DNA of 64,000 nucleotides from Diplonema japonicum. Taxonomy: Eukaryota > Protista > Euglenozoa: Diplonemea. The notes under the pieces are model-generated. The model was not told the origin of the DNA. It did not search any database and was given only the letters and a program-made list of their open reading frames with translations. Both the position numbers and the translations under genes were made by a program. Positions 21,161-32,549 of the stretch are shown in pieces (position 1 is the first letter of the stretch; each line of letters opens with the position of its first letter). Where the stretch lies: contig OZ025666.1 in the NCBI GenBank assembly GCA_964019335.1, forward strand, positions 496,001 through 560,000. Reading direction: 5' to 3'.

Positions 21161-21386
21161 ATATATCTTTTGACTCTTTCTTTACCCCCCCCCCCCCGCG
21201 CGTAGTTCTCTGTTTCTTTACTGACCGGCCAATGGTAGATCGATAGCTTCCATTTATTCGAAATAATCTAAAAGAACCTTAAGGGTCGAATACCTCTCCT
21301 TGCTTTCTTCCTTTCCACAACGTGTTCCGCTTCCTTGTTTTCCTTTCTGACGCAGTAACCACTGTAGCAGGGCTATTCCGCGCAAC

Positions 21387-23018
21387 ATGGGAGCGGCTAT
21401 TTCAAAGAACGGACAGCCGCGGAGGTCGTTGCATAAGGTGGACACAGATCTCGTAAACATAGTGGAGGACGGAGGGCATGGGCACGGGATCGGAGCTGGT
21501 GTGGAGGATGTTGTGTTCAAGGTTGGCCTCTTCATGGGAGGTGAGACTGCTGTGGAGATGAGAAAGCTTCACATGTCGCACTCTGTGAGCTTAGATGAAC
21601 TTAGCGCAGAGCTGCGCCAGGTCTTTGTACACAGAATATGCAAGCAAGACGAATTCAGCGTGGTGTACAGAGACGATGAGGGAGATCTAATCACCCTAGG
21701 GACAGATGCAGAGTTCCGTGTCTACCTCCAAGCAGGGACCACACCTGTTAAGATCGATGTCAGGGTGACAACGCTTCCTACAGCCCCCGCCCCACCCATC
21801 CACCCCCTGTCCCCTATGCTCTCTCCCACGCCCTCTGTCTCACGTAACATCATCGTCTCGTCATCCCACGAGAGCATCATCAACTGGAATTCCACAACCG
21901 AAACGGTCAAACACATCCCCGAGATGTGCTTCAAGCAAACAGTGACTGACAACGTGATCAACAAAACACGCTACGAGGACTGCGAGATCAAATGGAAGAC
22001 GGGCAAGCAGCTGGGGCGGGGCGCTTCAGGGCAAGTGCACCTTGCCATCAACACGGTCAGCGGCAGACTCATGGCTGTCAAAAGAATCACACTCTGCGAG
22101 CATAAAGACGACCTGCTGGTACAGCTGAACAGGGAATTAAATGTTTTACGGGACCTGAGCCACCCAAGGCTCGTGCGATACCTAGGATGTGTGGTGGAGG
22201 AGCACGACGGTGTCCCATCCAACGTCGACATATGCATGGAGTACGTGTCAGGCGGGTCTATCGCTCAGACGCTGCAGCAGTTCGGTCCTTTAGGAGAGTC
22301 CATCGTGAAGCGGTTCACATCGCAGATCCTCGAGGGGCTCGTCTTTCTACATTCGCACAGCATCGTACACCGCGACGTGAAGGGAGCCAACGTCCTCCTC
22401 ACCGATCAAGGGGAGGTCAAGCTGGCAGACTTCGGCTCCTCGAAATGCCTGCAAGAGCTCAAGACCTCGAACGTACCTAAGGGAACTGTCCTGTGGATGG
22501 CACCAGAGTCTTTCTGCGGAAAGGTGTCGACGAAGTCGGACATATGGAGCCTGGGGTGTACAATAATCGAGATGGCGACAGGCAGCTACCCATGGTCGCA
22601 CTTCACAAACGAGGCCGCCGCCATGTACGGTATCAAGAACACGAAGAAGCCTCCGAAGATTCCCGAATCCTTTTCGAGAGAAGGTGCGGACTTCTTGAAA
22701 AGATGCTTTGCGATAAACCCTGACGAAAGGCCCAGTGCTGCGTCACTGCTAGAGCACCCTTTCATCATCTCATCGGGAGGGAACTTCGCTAGCGATCCGT
22801 TCACGTCAGAGGGTCTTGACGAGTCGCTCCTTAACGCCAGTGTCTCCATGAAGACAAGCAACACCACCTCCACCACCATCACTTCCCCGCCAGCCGAGCG
22901 GTCGTCCTTTCATGATTACGCCAGACTCCGTCCCTCTTCTGCACCGTCACCTCCAAAGATGTATCTAAATTCCATTCCTGTAAAGCTCATGGATACATAC
23001 ATAGGCAATAAAACTTAA
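21387..23018 (+). CDS. STE11/MEKK-like MAP3K with N-terminal PB1 domain
   Basis: GRGASG, MAVK, HRDVKGAN, DFG, GTVLWMAPE, DIWSLGCTIIEM; PB1 OPCA motif YRDDEGDLITL; MGAAIS possible myristoylation. Confidence 0.93.
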   Translation: MGAAISKNGQPRRSLHKVDTDLVNIVEDGGHGHGIGAGVEDVVFKVGLFMGGETAVEMRKLHMSHSVSLDELSAELRQVFVHRICKQDEFSVVYRDDEGDLITLGTDAEFRVYLQAGTTPVKIDVRVTTLPTAPAPPIHPLSPMLSPTPSVSRNIIVSSSHESIINWNSTTETVKHIPEMCFKQTVTDNVINKTRYEDCEIKWKTGKQLGRGASGQVHLAINTVSGRLMAVKRITLCEHKDDLLVQLNRELNVLRDLSHPRLVRYLGCVVEEHDGVPSNVDICMEYVSGGSIAQTLQQFGPLGESIVKRFTSQILEGLVFLHSHSIVHRDVKGANVLLTDQGEVKLADFGSSKCLQELKTSNVPKGTVLWMAPESFCGKVSTKSDIWSLGCTIIEMATGSYPWSHFTNEAAAMYGIKNTKKPPKIPESFSREGADFLKRCFAINPDERPSAASLLEHPFIISSGGNFASDPFTSEGLDESLLNASVSMKTSNTTSTTITSPPAERSSFHDYARLRPSSAPSPPKMYLNSIPVKLMDTYIGNKT

Positions 23019-23234
23019 GCGTCCTTGAAATAAAGTGGCCAGTCCTCTCTGCATCACGTAAGTGATGCGTTCCTTGCGAAGTGTCCGCTCGCTAAGCGTA
23101 ACACTACCGACTACCTAAGATGTGCATATTACAACACCCTAACCTGACGTGCTCGTCGCTTTCCTCTCTTTTTCTTTCTCTCTTCTTTCTTTTAATTTCT
23201 TTTGTTTTACCCCCAACAGCACAGGACGGGCACC

Positions 23235-26200
23235 ATGTCAGACGATGAGGTACGGTCCTTGAGGCAAAAGCTGGAGCTAACAGGGCGGGAGAGGGATTCC
23301 TTGAGGGAAGAGGTGGATGAATTGCAACGGGGAAAGAAGGAGCTGAAGGAGAGGTACGGCAAGCTGGATGCAACGCAGCACGAGCTGCGGGGCGGGCTGA
23401 CCTCTGCGAAACAAGACAAGGTGAAGTATGAGACAGTCGTGGAAGAGCTACGCAAGAAACTTCAAACGGAGAAGATCGATCTGCAGCATGAGAAGAACGC
23501 AAAGGCGGCGCTGCAGGAAAAGTACGATGCCCTCTACAAGGATCGCGACTCGGCGTACGAACAGGTAGACGTGTCTCGTAGGCAGCACACTGATGACCTG
23601 ACAGTAATGAACGAATCAGATCGTCGCAAGAAGTCAGCTCTCAAGCACGCTGAGGAGACCGAAAAACTGAACTTTAGGTTGCAAGCCGACCTGGAACGTA
23701 CCAGCAACCAGTGCACACTCCTTCAGGAACGAGTCAAATCCCTCACGCGAGAAAAAGAAGAGCTCGAAGGCGAAAACAGCACTTCAAAGATGGAAAAAGC
23801 ATCACTGCTGGAACGCTTCAATGCAGCAGTGCTCGCTAAGACGGAGATGGCAGCTTTATCGGAACAGCAGCAGCGCAACATATCTGCCCTGGAGACAAAG
23901 GTGGACAACCTCGCGCACCTGAAAAACACGGCCGAAGATAAAAACCAGCGCTATAAACTGTCCGAAACGGAGTACCAGACGGAGCTGGACAGCACACAAC
24001 AGTCACTCAGCACGCTGCAGGAGAAGATGGAGACCCTGTTGCGTGAGAAGACTTCACTGTCCAATGAGGTGGAGCGCTTGAAGGAGAAGGGACACAATGA
24101 AACCGAAAGGATCGAACGTTTGCTGCGTGAGCAGACGACTCTTGAGGCCGACGCCAGGAGCAAGGATGCGGAGAAGTCGCAGCTTCAAGAAAAGATCAAA
24201 AACATGCTGCAAGACATCGAGGTAGCTGACGAGAGGCACGAACGCTTGAAGCTCGACCAGTACGCTGTGGAGAGGGAGCGGGACAGCTTGCGATTCACGT
24301 CGGATGAGATGACACGAACACAGGAAGCATTGGGGAGGGAGAAGATAGATCTAATGAACGATCTAAGCAAGTTGAGAGAGACGAGCGACACTCTACGACA
24401 GGAGCTTGCGGCTGCAGTGCGGGAAAAGGAGCGGAGGGGCGACGAGCTGGACAGGGTAAGCAGGCAGAAGCAATCAGGTGACGAAAGAAATGAAGTTCTC
24501 AGTGAGCAACTACGAGACCAGCGCACTGAATTCGATGAGGTGATGCGCTCGAGGGACAGCCTGCAGGAGGAGGTCAACAAGTACCGGAGGGACCACCCAG
24601 CGGTGCTAGAAGCCTCAGAGCGTGCATGCTCTGTTGCAAGAGAGGAGCTTCTCATGTCCCAGAAGGAGGTGCACAGACTGCAAGACGCTGTTGACAAGCT
24701 GCAGCGAGAACGCGACAATTACTCCGAAAAAGCAGCGGACCACGCGAAGGCTCTGGAACACGAGAAGAGACAGCATGAAGCGTTGAAACGTGAGGCGGGC
24801 AACTTGGAGGAGAAGCTCTCCCACATCCAGAGCGACTTTATAGATGTTGAGACCGCACAACGGTCTACACAGGAGATGCTCCAGAAGAAGATACAAGAGC
24901 AACAGGGGAAGATTGCTCAGCTGGAGAACACTGTGGTCACAACGGAGCAAACGGTGACACAGGCCACTGCGCAAATCAAGTCTTTAAAAGACACTGCCGA
25001 CCACTACGAGATGGAGATCGCGTCTCTCAGGAAGAGCAAGGCAGAGGACCAGCAGCACTACAGCGAGGTTGAGCAGGGTCTGCACAATGAGGTGCGTGAC
25101 GCCAACGCTCGTTTAATGAAGGCTGAGGCAGAAGGCGCGAACGAGCAAACAACAGCCACTGCTCTGAAATCGGAGGTGTCGCAGCACAAGGAAACCATCA
25201 TGAGCCTAAACGACGATGCTGCCCTCTTGAGAACAAAACTCGAAAACCTCACTTCTGACATGAATGAGCTGAACAGACGACACGTCAACCAGACGATGGA
25301 GTGCAACAGGAAAAGCGAGGAGGTGGACACTTTGCGAGTGCAAATAGAGCTGGAGAAAAAGGACTCAGAAGCCTTGTCGGTGAAGCTTCGGAAGCTAGAG
25401 ACTGAAAGGAACGACATCGAGAGTGAGATGCGGAACATGGCGAGGAACGCAGAAAACAGCATGAACGAAGCACAAGCCGCGGACAGGAGGTTGGCAGCAG
25501 CAAGGGGAGAGGCCGACAAATTACTACATGAGTTGCGTACATCAAGAAGGGACAGAGACGACAGCAGGGCTGCTGCTGATGACTTAGACAGAGCACGACT
25601 TGCATGGTTGAGGGAAAAGGACGTGCTGCAAGGCCACCTCGATGAGGCACGGACCCAGGTGTCGGCTCTGAACGAGGCATTGAACGATCTGAGGCGGCAG
25701 ATGGGCGACATGGCAGAGGAGTTTCGCGTAGAAAAATCCACAAACGAAACGCTTGTTTCAAAGTGTTCTGAGCTACAAGATAAAGCAAACGAAGCCATTG
25801 AAAGGGAACGCCTCAGCATCGCAAACCTTGACAGCCTGAAACAGGAAACGGAGCAGATAACCATTGCTCGTGACGCAGAGCTAGGCACCGTGAAACACGA
25901 GCTCACGACATTCAAAAACGAAGCAACGGACCTAAAGTACCAGCTTTCAAACGCGCAGGTAGGTGGGGCGGAGATGCGTGCCACTCACGACGCCCTAAAA
26001 GAGAACGAACGAATGCTCAGAGTTGAGTGTGATGAAATGAAATCTATGGTCGACCGCTTGAACCTTTTGAGACAGGAAGACGCTGCTGATAACGAAAGGG
26101 AGTTGGGAAGGGCGCGAACGCAGCTCCAGAACGCACGACAGGAGACGGAAGACACACGACGAGCAATGGCCAGCACCACAGACCAGAAGGAAGTGTTGCA

Positions 26201-26930
26201 GCTGAAGGTCAGCAAACTGTCGACGGCGAACCAGCGTCTAGAGGAAGAGACAGCACGCGCGAGCAATGAGGCACGCAACATGACATCGGAGCACAGGGGC
26301 ATGCAGAGCTTGAACGTTGACTTGAAGAGGGAAAACACCAAGATACTCACCGAGCTGGAGGATCTGCGGAAAGAAAGGATGACGCTGAAGAGGAGCCAAG
26401 CGGAACTGTCGGAGCAGCTGGCGGTGATGAAGACCAAGATCTCAACGCACATGGGGACAACATCGTACAGCAGGCTGCTGAAGGAGTGCGAGGACTTGAA
26501 AGGGGCATTGGAAGCGAGTGAGCGAGCACGGGAGGATGATGCCAAGAGAGCGCAGATGAACATGCCACCAGTAGGGGAAATGCCCCCTGTCACACCAACA
26601 GCAACCTACGTGGGACAAGACCCCTCCGCCCGTCAAGGGATCAAAGTGCCAGGGCCAGGGCCAGGGCCAGGGACCCCTCGGTCTGTGTATCTCTTGTCCG
26701 AGACGCAGCCCACTTTCGGCCCTTCGACACCAAAGCCCGGCTCCAGGTTCTTCCAGCCTACTCCCTCTGCGTACACACCGGGCATGGTTCTCCCAACCGA
26801 TTCCACTCCTACACCTGGGCTCACCAGGGGCTTGGGAAGCACCCTTCCCACGGAGGTCTCCAGGCCTGTGGCCCCAGAAAGCATTATACGTAGCATACTA
26901 AGTTCCAGAAGGAACGCACGACAGCCTTAG
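23235..26930 (+). CDS. Large coiled-coil (cytoskeletal/basal-body-like) protein with Pro-rich tail
   Basis: >1100 aa of E/K/L/Q/R heptad-rich sequence; first ATG after the pyrimidine tract is at 23235. Confidence 0.85.
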   Translation: MSDDEVRSLRQKLELTGRERDSLREEVDELQRGKKELKERYGKLDATQHELRGGLTSAKQDKVKYETVVEELRKKLQTEKIDLQHEKNAKAALQEKYDALYKDRDSAYEQVDVSRRQHTDDLTVMNESDRRKKSALKHAEETEKLNFRLQADLERTSNQCTLLQERVKSLTREKEELEGENSTSKMEKASLLERFNAAVLAKTEMAALSEQQQRNISALETKVDNLAHLKNTAEDKNQRYKLSETEYQTELDSTQQSLSTLQEKMETLLREKTSLSNEVERLKEKGHNETERIERLLREQTTLEADARSKDAEKSQLQEKIKNMLQDIEVADERHERLKLDQYAVERERDSLRFTSDEMTRTQEALGREKIDLMNDLSKLRETSDTLRQELAAAVREKERRGDELDRVSRQKQSGDERNEVLSEQLRDQRTEFDEVMRSRDSLQEEVNKYRRDHPAVLEASERACSVAREELLMSQKEVHRLQDAVDKLQRERDNYSEKAADHAKALEHEKRQHEALKREAGNLEEKLSHIQSDFIDVETAQRSTQEMLQKKIQEQQGKIAQLENTVVTTEQTVTQATAQIKSLKDTADHYEMEIASLRKSKAEDQQHYSEVEQGLHNEVRDANARLMKAEAEGANEQTTATALKSEVSQHKETIMSLNDDAALLRTKLENLTSDMNELNRRHVNQTMECNRKSEEVDTLRVQIELEKKDSEALSVKLRKLETERNDIESEMRNMARNAENSMNEAQAADRRLAAARGEADKLLHELRTSRRDRDDSRAAADDLDRARLAWLREKDVLQGHLDEARTQVSALNEALNDLRRQMGDMAEEFRVEKSTNETLVSKCSELQDKANEAIERERLSIANLDSLKQETEQITIARDAELGTVKHELTTFKNEATDLKYQLSNAQVGGAEMRATHDALKENERMLRVECDEMKSMVDRLNLLRQEDAADNERELGRARTQLQNARQETEDTRRAMASTTDQKEVLQLKVSKLSTANQRLEEETARASNEARNMTSEHRGMQSLNVDLKRENTKILTELEDLRKERMTLKRSQAELSEQLAVMKTKISTHMGTTSYSRLLKECEDLKGALEASERAREDDAKRAQMNMPPVGEMPPVTPTATYVGQDPSARQGIKVPGPGPGPGTPRSVYLLSETQPTFGPSTPKPGSRFFQPTPSAYTPGMVLPTDSTPTPGLTRGLGSTLPTEVSRPVAPESIIRSILSSRRNARQP

Positions 26931-27163
26931 AGTAAAAAGAATATGCGATTTGTATTTTTAACCCCCCCCTTCACCTTTAGATTTTCTGTAGCTCCTTTTC
27001 CCCCCAACTTTTCTTTTTCCCTCCGGTTTTACTTCTTTTTTTTTTATTATCTTCGCTTGTAAATTCTTTTTTTTTTAAGATTTCTCAACAATGTGTGTTT
27101 TGTCCACTTGTTCTTCTTCCCCCTTCTGAATGCAACCGCTCATCATCTATATAATCAGGATAC

Positions 27164-27670
27164 ATGGACATAGAACAATGGAGCGTGAGGGAGGTGTCAG
27201 AGTGGGTGAAGGGGCTTGGGGAAGGTTGCAGTGGTTATGCAGATGTGTTTGAAAGACAGGCGGTGGATGGGGTTACGTTGTGTGAACTGAGCGAGGAGGA
27301 CCTGAAAGAAGGACTGGGGATATCTGAGCTAGGTGTGAGAAGGAAGATACTCAGGGGGATGGGGAGGGACAGAGGTGCCTCGAGGTCTGCGTCGCGGTCC
27401 ACCGCCCACTCACAAGCGCTGCAGCCACAGCAATGCGGTTTCTTCTCTCCACCAGCACCCCTCCCCACAAAGTCCGCAAGCCCGCAGCCCCACGACGTCT
27501 CAAGCATTCACCGGCATGGGTCCCTCTCCCTCTCCAACGTGCCAAATGGTGCTCGTCCGCTGGTGATCCAATGCTCCTGCTGTTCACATCAGTCGCTGCT
27601 GTACCCTGTGAGTAGTGAGAACTTTTGCAACACTTGTGGGTTGGACACCGAGTGGAAGTTTATGAATTGA
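27164..27670 (+). CDS. SAM-domain protein with C-terminal zinc ribbon
   Basis: WSVREVSEWV...FERQAVDGVTL..LSEEDLKEGLGI..LGVRRKI; CSCC...CNTC. Confidence 0.88.
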   Translation: MDIEQWSVREVSEWVKGLGEGCSGYADVFERQAVDGVTLCELSEEDLKEGLGISELGVRRKILRGMGRDRGASRSASRSTAHSQALQPQQCGFFSPPAPLPTKSASPQPHDVSSIHRHGSLSLSNVPNGARPLVIQCSCCSHQSLLYPVSSENFCNTCGLDTEWKFMN

Positions 27671-27822
27671 AAGAGACAAAGACCCATTATTAGACGTTTA
27701 GATTTTTTTTTTTTTTTTTACCGCCAAGTGCGCACTAACAAGCGCCAGAATAGTTTTATTCATTTCTTCAAGAGGGGTCTTTCCTAGTCGTGAAACAAAA
27801 CTGACAGAAAACACAAGAAAAG

Positions 27823-28353
27823 ATGGTGTGGAACGAAGGTGGTTTCCAAACTGTGAAGGGTAAGAGTGTTGGGCACAACTACCGTGCGCCGTGCGGGCTG
27901 CTGCTCGAGAATGGCGCGACGAAAAAATGGCATGTGTTGATCACAAGAGGGGCCACGCTGCCTCACAAGGAGGAAAAGAAGCTCGGCACTGGTTGCAACC
28001 AATCTGTGGTACCCCTGCGGCTGTTTGCAGGCAGCAAGGCGGAGGACAGGAAGGCCCTCGACACTGTTGGGTTCTTAGGTGTAACTGGGTTCGATGGTAT
28101 GGCTTATGCCTTTGTCATATCAAGGTAAACAAACAGTGTCAAGTAGCACAACTTTTACATTGATGATAGAAGTGGACGTAAAAGGTGTTTTGACCCTGAG
28201 GGCTTCTGACGACAGTACAGGTGAGGTATGTAAGCACGGGGTAGTATTTTTCTTTGAATCACTACCGCACCACAGACCCTTCTTCTTGGTCCCAGCCACA
28301 AGACGTCAATTGTCAGAAAGATATTTGACCCCTCGTACACCACTGTGAAATGA
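27823..28353 (+). CDS. Stand-alone Hsp70 substrate-binding (beta) domain protein, 3 exons, 146 aa
   Basis: Introns 28097-28136 and 28226-28275 (GTATG..CAG) give an open frame with LITRGATLP, NQSVV, LG.L.VTG and IEVDVKGVLTLRASDDSTG. Confidence 0.72.
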
Positions 28354-28976
28354 GTGAAATTCCTCCCCCCCCCAGAAAAAAAAAGAAAAAAACGCATAAA
28401 GATTCGCCCTTCTTTTTTTGCATGCGCATGTAAAAACAAAGCCCCCCCAGCCCCCTTTGTTTTTTTGGAGAAATACTGCCTTCTTTCTGAATGCAGGAGA
28501 CTAACTATGGTATCACCCACATTTAAGTTAGTCTTTTTTAAAGCCCCATTTTTTTTTTTTTTTTTTTTTTTTTTGCAAGAACGAGTCTTTGACTTGTCTA
28601 AACAAAAAGGGAATGTTGGCAACGTGTTTCAGATTGACAAACTTCTCCAGGTTTTACCCGGCACGTACAAACAACGGCCAGTTCCTCTTTTTATACGAAC
28701 TACCGGGAAAGAAAACAGTACAAATAAACCCCCCCCTTTTTTTTCTTTTTACCAACCCTCCCTCCCCTATTTTTTTTTTACGAAAAGAACGAAAGAATAA
28801 CCTTCTTTTATTTTTTTTTCCCTTCTTTTTCCAAAGAAGAGAAAAAAACCCCCCCCCGCCGAAAAAAGAAAACTCATTATTGCTTTTTTTTTTGTTTTGC
28901 AAAAAAAAAAGAAAACACAAAAAAAAAAAGAAAAGAAAAAAAAACAAGAGAGGGGCGGGGAGAGAAGAAAAGAAAA

Positions 28977-29662
28977 ATGAACGCCATTATACGGTTAGCA
29001 GTCTTCGCTTTGACAAGCTTTGCGTTTCTTTGGCCTCTGAAGATGGTATTGGCAGGCAAGAGGCATTTTGAGGTGTTCATAGGAGTTTCTCAGTTGGCAA
29101 CGTCCGTCCTGTATAACACTTGCAAAGCCCTTGACACGAATATTGTTTTGGAAGAGAAGCAATGGCACGCAATGAATAACATAATATCTACCACGTACGG
29201 TTTACTGCTCTTGATACACATGCAAGCCAACCGCAGTGAAGGCTTTGACATGTTTCTTAGGTACGTGGCCTTCTCAGCCGTTTGGATAGCACAGGAGCGT
29301 GACCACTACTGGGACGCGACCAATACGGCTGTGGTCTCCCTTCTCTTCATTATTTCCACAGTCGGTAAGTGGACTTATCTCGGCCGTCTCCCTCCCTACA
29401 ACTGGGGTAATATGATCCGAGGGCTTTTGATCATTGGGGTGACAGGATGCATTTGGTTTGCTTCCATGCAATCAGCCTTTGACGCGTATGGGATTCTCCA
29501 CGGTGTGAGCCAGATCGGTGCTGCTTGGGCATTAACGTATGAACGCGGGGGAAGGGGGAAGAAAATAAAAAAGAAAATTCATAATACAGGTATCTGTGGA
29601 GTTCTGTCCCCATGGATCGTTACAGGAAGTCGGACGTTCTCCTTCCCCATGCTTATTTCTAA
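28977..29662 (+). CDS. Multi-pass membrane protein, TMEM8/myomaker (DUF3522)-like, 2 exons
   Basis: About 7 hydrophobic helices; S.LYNTC, WHAMNNI, LHG motifs; intron 29537-29589 removes the low-complexity stretch and ends ...PHAYF*. Confidence 0.7.
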
Positions 29663-29814
29663 TAAGAAGGGAAGTGAAGAAAAGAAAGAGAAAAAAAAAA
29701 GAGAGAGGGGGGGGGGAAAAAATGATTTTTTGCTATATCGATATCATTTTTTTTTAATTTGTTGTGGTTTACATACCCTTACCTCCCCCCCTTTCTTCTT
29801 ATCCAGTACACACG

Positions 29815-30603
29815 ATGTCTTCACCGGAGGTGGTATTCCCGTTCACACAGAGTACGTATTGCTTCCTGCAAAGGTATCTGACACTGTTTGACTTCGACAT
29901 CGGCGACCGAGAAGACACCGCCCTGCCCGACGAGGAGGCAAAAAAAAAATGGTACGCGCAAGGAAAAAAATATTGGGAGGAACAACCCCCGACGATTGAA
30001 GGCATGATGCTGGGCCCTGGTGCAGCTTCCAACAACATCGACGTCCGCACCATAGGAGACGAGGAGATGAACGGGAGCATGGAATTCTTGAAGGCAAGAG
30101 GGTGCAAGGGTAAACGCGCCTTAGATGTAGGTGCCGGGATCGGAAGGGTAACGCGAGGTGTGTTCTCCCTTCTGTACAATGTTGTCGACATGTTGGAGCC
30201 CTGCGAACAATACGTTCAACATGTACTAAGGACGGGAGGAGCACCTGGTGGGGGTGAAGTGTTCAACATACCTTTACACAAACACGACCCCCGCCTCCAC
30301 GGACCGTACGACCTCATTGCGATCACATGGTGCGCAGCCTTCATAACCGATGATGACCTCATCGCTTTTCTTCGACGAGCCGGCACCGCCTTGACTCTGT
30401 CTGGGAAGATCCTTCTTAAGGACAACATTGCCACCACCTATTTTCGGGCAAGGCGGTCTTCAGCTTCCGTCGCGCGCACCGACATGCATTACAAGTCCAT
30501 TTTCAAAGAAGCTGGGTTGGGCATCGAAACGCAACAGATTCAACGAAACCTCCCCGACACATGGCTCGACGTCAAAATGTACCTTCTCTACAAGATTAAA
30601 TGA
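29815..30603 (+). CDS. NTMT1: Alpha-N-terminal protein methyltransferase
   Basis: YW..QPPTIEGMM, ALDVGAGIGRVT, YDLIAITWC, TDDDLIAFL, LKDN, SVART motifs. Confidence 0.85.
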   Translation: MSSPEVVFPFTQSTYCFLQRYLTLFDFDIGDREDTALPDEEAKKKWYAQGKKYWEEQPPTIEGMMLGPGAASNNIDVRTIGDEEMNGSMEFLKARGCKGKRALDVGAGIGRVTRGVFSLLYNVVDMLEPCEQYVQHVLRTGGAPGGGEVFNIPLHKHDPRLHGPYDLIAITWCAAFITDDDLIAFLRRAGTALTLSGKILLKDNIATTYFRARRSSASVARTDMHYKSIFKEAGLGIETQQIQRNLPDTWLDVKMYLLYKIK

Positions 30604-30688
30604 GAGTTTTTTTTTTTTTTGTGCTTTTTTTTTTTTTTTTTTTTTTTTTCTTCTTCTTTTCAAAAGTCGCGACAGGTCGGGGCAGGGG

Positions 30689-32504
30689 ATGTCCGAGCAT
30701 GAAGAAAAGGATGCGCGGCACCTCGCCGCTGTCAAAGCAGCGCGCAGCGTCGAGACGGCATGGATGAAGGAGCGCAAGGAGTACATCAAAAAGCACAATC
30801 TCCACAGAATCCTCGGCAACGTGATGGATTCCTGTCTCTGCAAGCCAGGGAACGAGCTTCCCGATAACCCGACTCTGTTCCTCGCAGAGTCCATCCTCAG
30901 GATGTTTCTGCAGGACAACCAAAACCCCGCGAAGCGTGAGAAACTGAGAGAAACAGCGTCTCTCAAAACCCTCAAAGGCTTGCACAAGACACTGGGCGTG
31001 CTGCTGCACGAGGTCGCAGACCAGGCGGAGGAAACCGGCGAGAGCAGCCCTAGAGAGGAAAGCGTGACCGAACCCCCACAAACAAAACCAAAGAATGAGA
31101 TATCCGCAGTGGTGTCTCACAAAGTTGTTGAACATGAGGAACAGGGCAAGGAACACGAGGAACAGGGCAAGGAACAGGAGAAACAGGGCAAAGAACAGGA
31201 AGAAGAAGAGAAACAGGGCAAGGAACAGAACGGCCTTGCAGTGAATGCTGAAGTGCCCGAAACGCAGGGACAACAGGTTGAAGCTGTTGTGGAGGTAGCT
31301 GCGGAGGTGAAAGAGCAAACACGGGATACCGCCGTAGAGGAGCGGGAAGAAAAGGAAAAGGAAAAGGAAAAGGAAAAGGAAAAGGAAAAGGAAAAAGAAG
31401 AACAACCAGCAGAGACCGAGCAGCCGAAGGAGGACGGGCCCAGCGACGTGCTTCTGGTAACATCAGACAGCAGCGACAAGGCAGAGCAAAAGAAAACAAC
31501 AAGAGCCCCAAAAGGAGAATCGGCAAGCGACTGGGAGGAGGTCAAAACAAACGATGGCAAAACCTTTTGGTACAACGTACGACTTAAAGAAAAGACATGG
31601 GACAAACCCGCTGAGGTGGTCACCCTGCTCGACACAAGCAGTGCCAAAGACTGGTGCGAGGTGACCAGCACCGACGGCGGATCGGTGTGGTACTTCAACA
31701 CAAAGACAGGAATGAAACAATGGCACAAACCAGACATCCTTGCAAACATCACAGTGCAAGGCTCGGTGGCAGACAAAACAGCACAACCAGAACACCCAAA
31801 AGAAACCAAGGAGGACAAGAAACGGGCAGCTAAGAAATCGGATAAATCGGTCGTTTCAAAAAAGGTTCTTTCAGAAACGTGGACGATGTACCAGCCTGAG
31901 GAAGGGCCGTCTTACTTCATAAGCTCGATCAGCGGTGCCAAGCAATGGAACAAACCTGTTGAGTTCATGGACGCGCAGATAAGAGGCCACGATTGGCAGG
32001 AATACGACTATGAGGGGGTGCCCTACTATGTGAACACCAAACATGAGGTTTGTTGTTGTTGTTCCCCCCTTCTTAAATACACACCCCACAGGACCGCACA
32101 TGGAACAAGCAACATGTACTGGACTGCATAGAAGCAGAATCAAACCAGCCTGCTGATAGGAGAAGTTTGAGCCCGACTCCAAAGAAAGGTATTCAAAGGA
32201 AGATGGAGAGGGGGGATAAAAAAAGATTTTTTTTTTAAAACAGTGAAAGCTGTTACGAATCCAGACTCGAAACTAGACTTAGGTAATGGGTGGGTCCAGT
32301 ACACAACGAAGGACAGCAGGAGGTACTTGGAAAGGGGAGGGGGAAAAGAAAAAGAGAAACCACAGGTTTTATGTTAATTCGAAGACTAAACAGAAGTCCT
32401 GGACGCACCCAGCTGACAAAGCAGGGAATGCTGCAGCTGTGCAAAGCGCCTCACCACCTCCGGCTGCTGCAGCTGTGTCTCCTCCTACCGAAAAAGGCTT
32501 ATAG
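30689..32504 (+). CDS. WW-repeat protein (about 5 WW) with N-terminal dimerisation/docking-like helix and acidic linker, 4 exons
   Basis: Repeated W..x..G..(W/Y)Y.N..T....W.KP units; introns 32048-32091, 32189-32243 and 32323-32365 complete the last two WW domains. Confidence 0.82.

Positions 32505-32549
<45 letters not shown>

Noticed and set aside
31350-31395. (GAAAAG)n microsatellite
   Set aside because: In-frame EK low-complexity linker of the WW protein.
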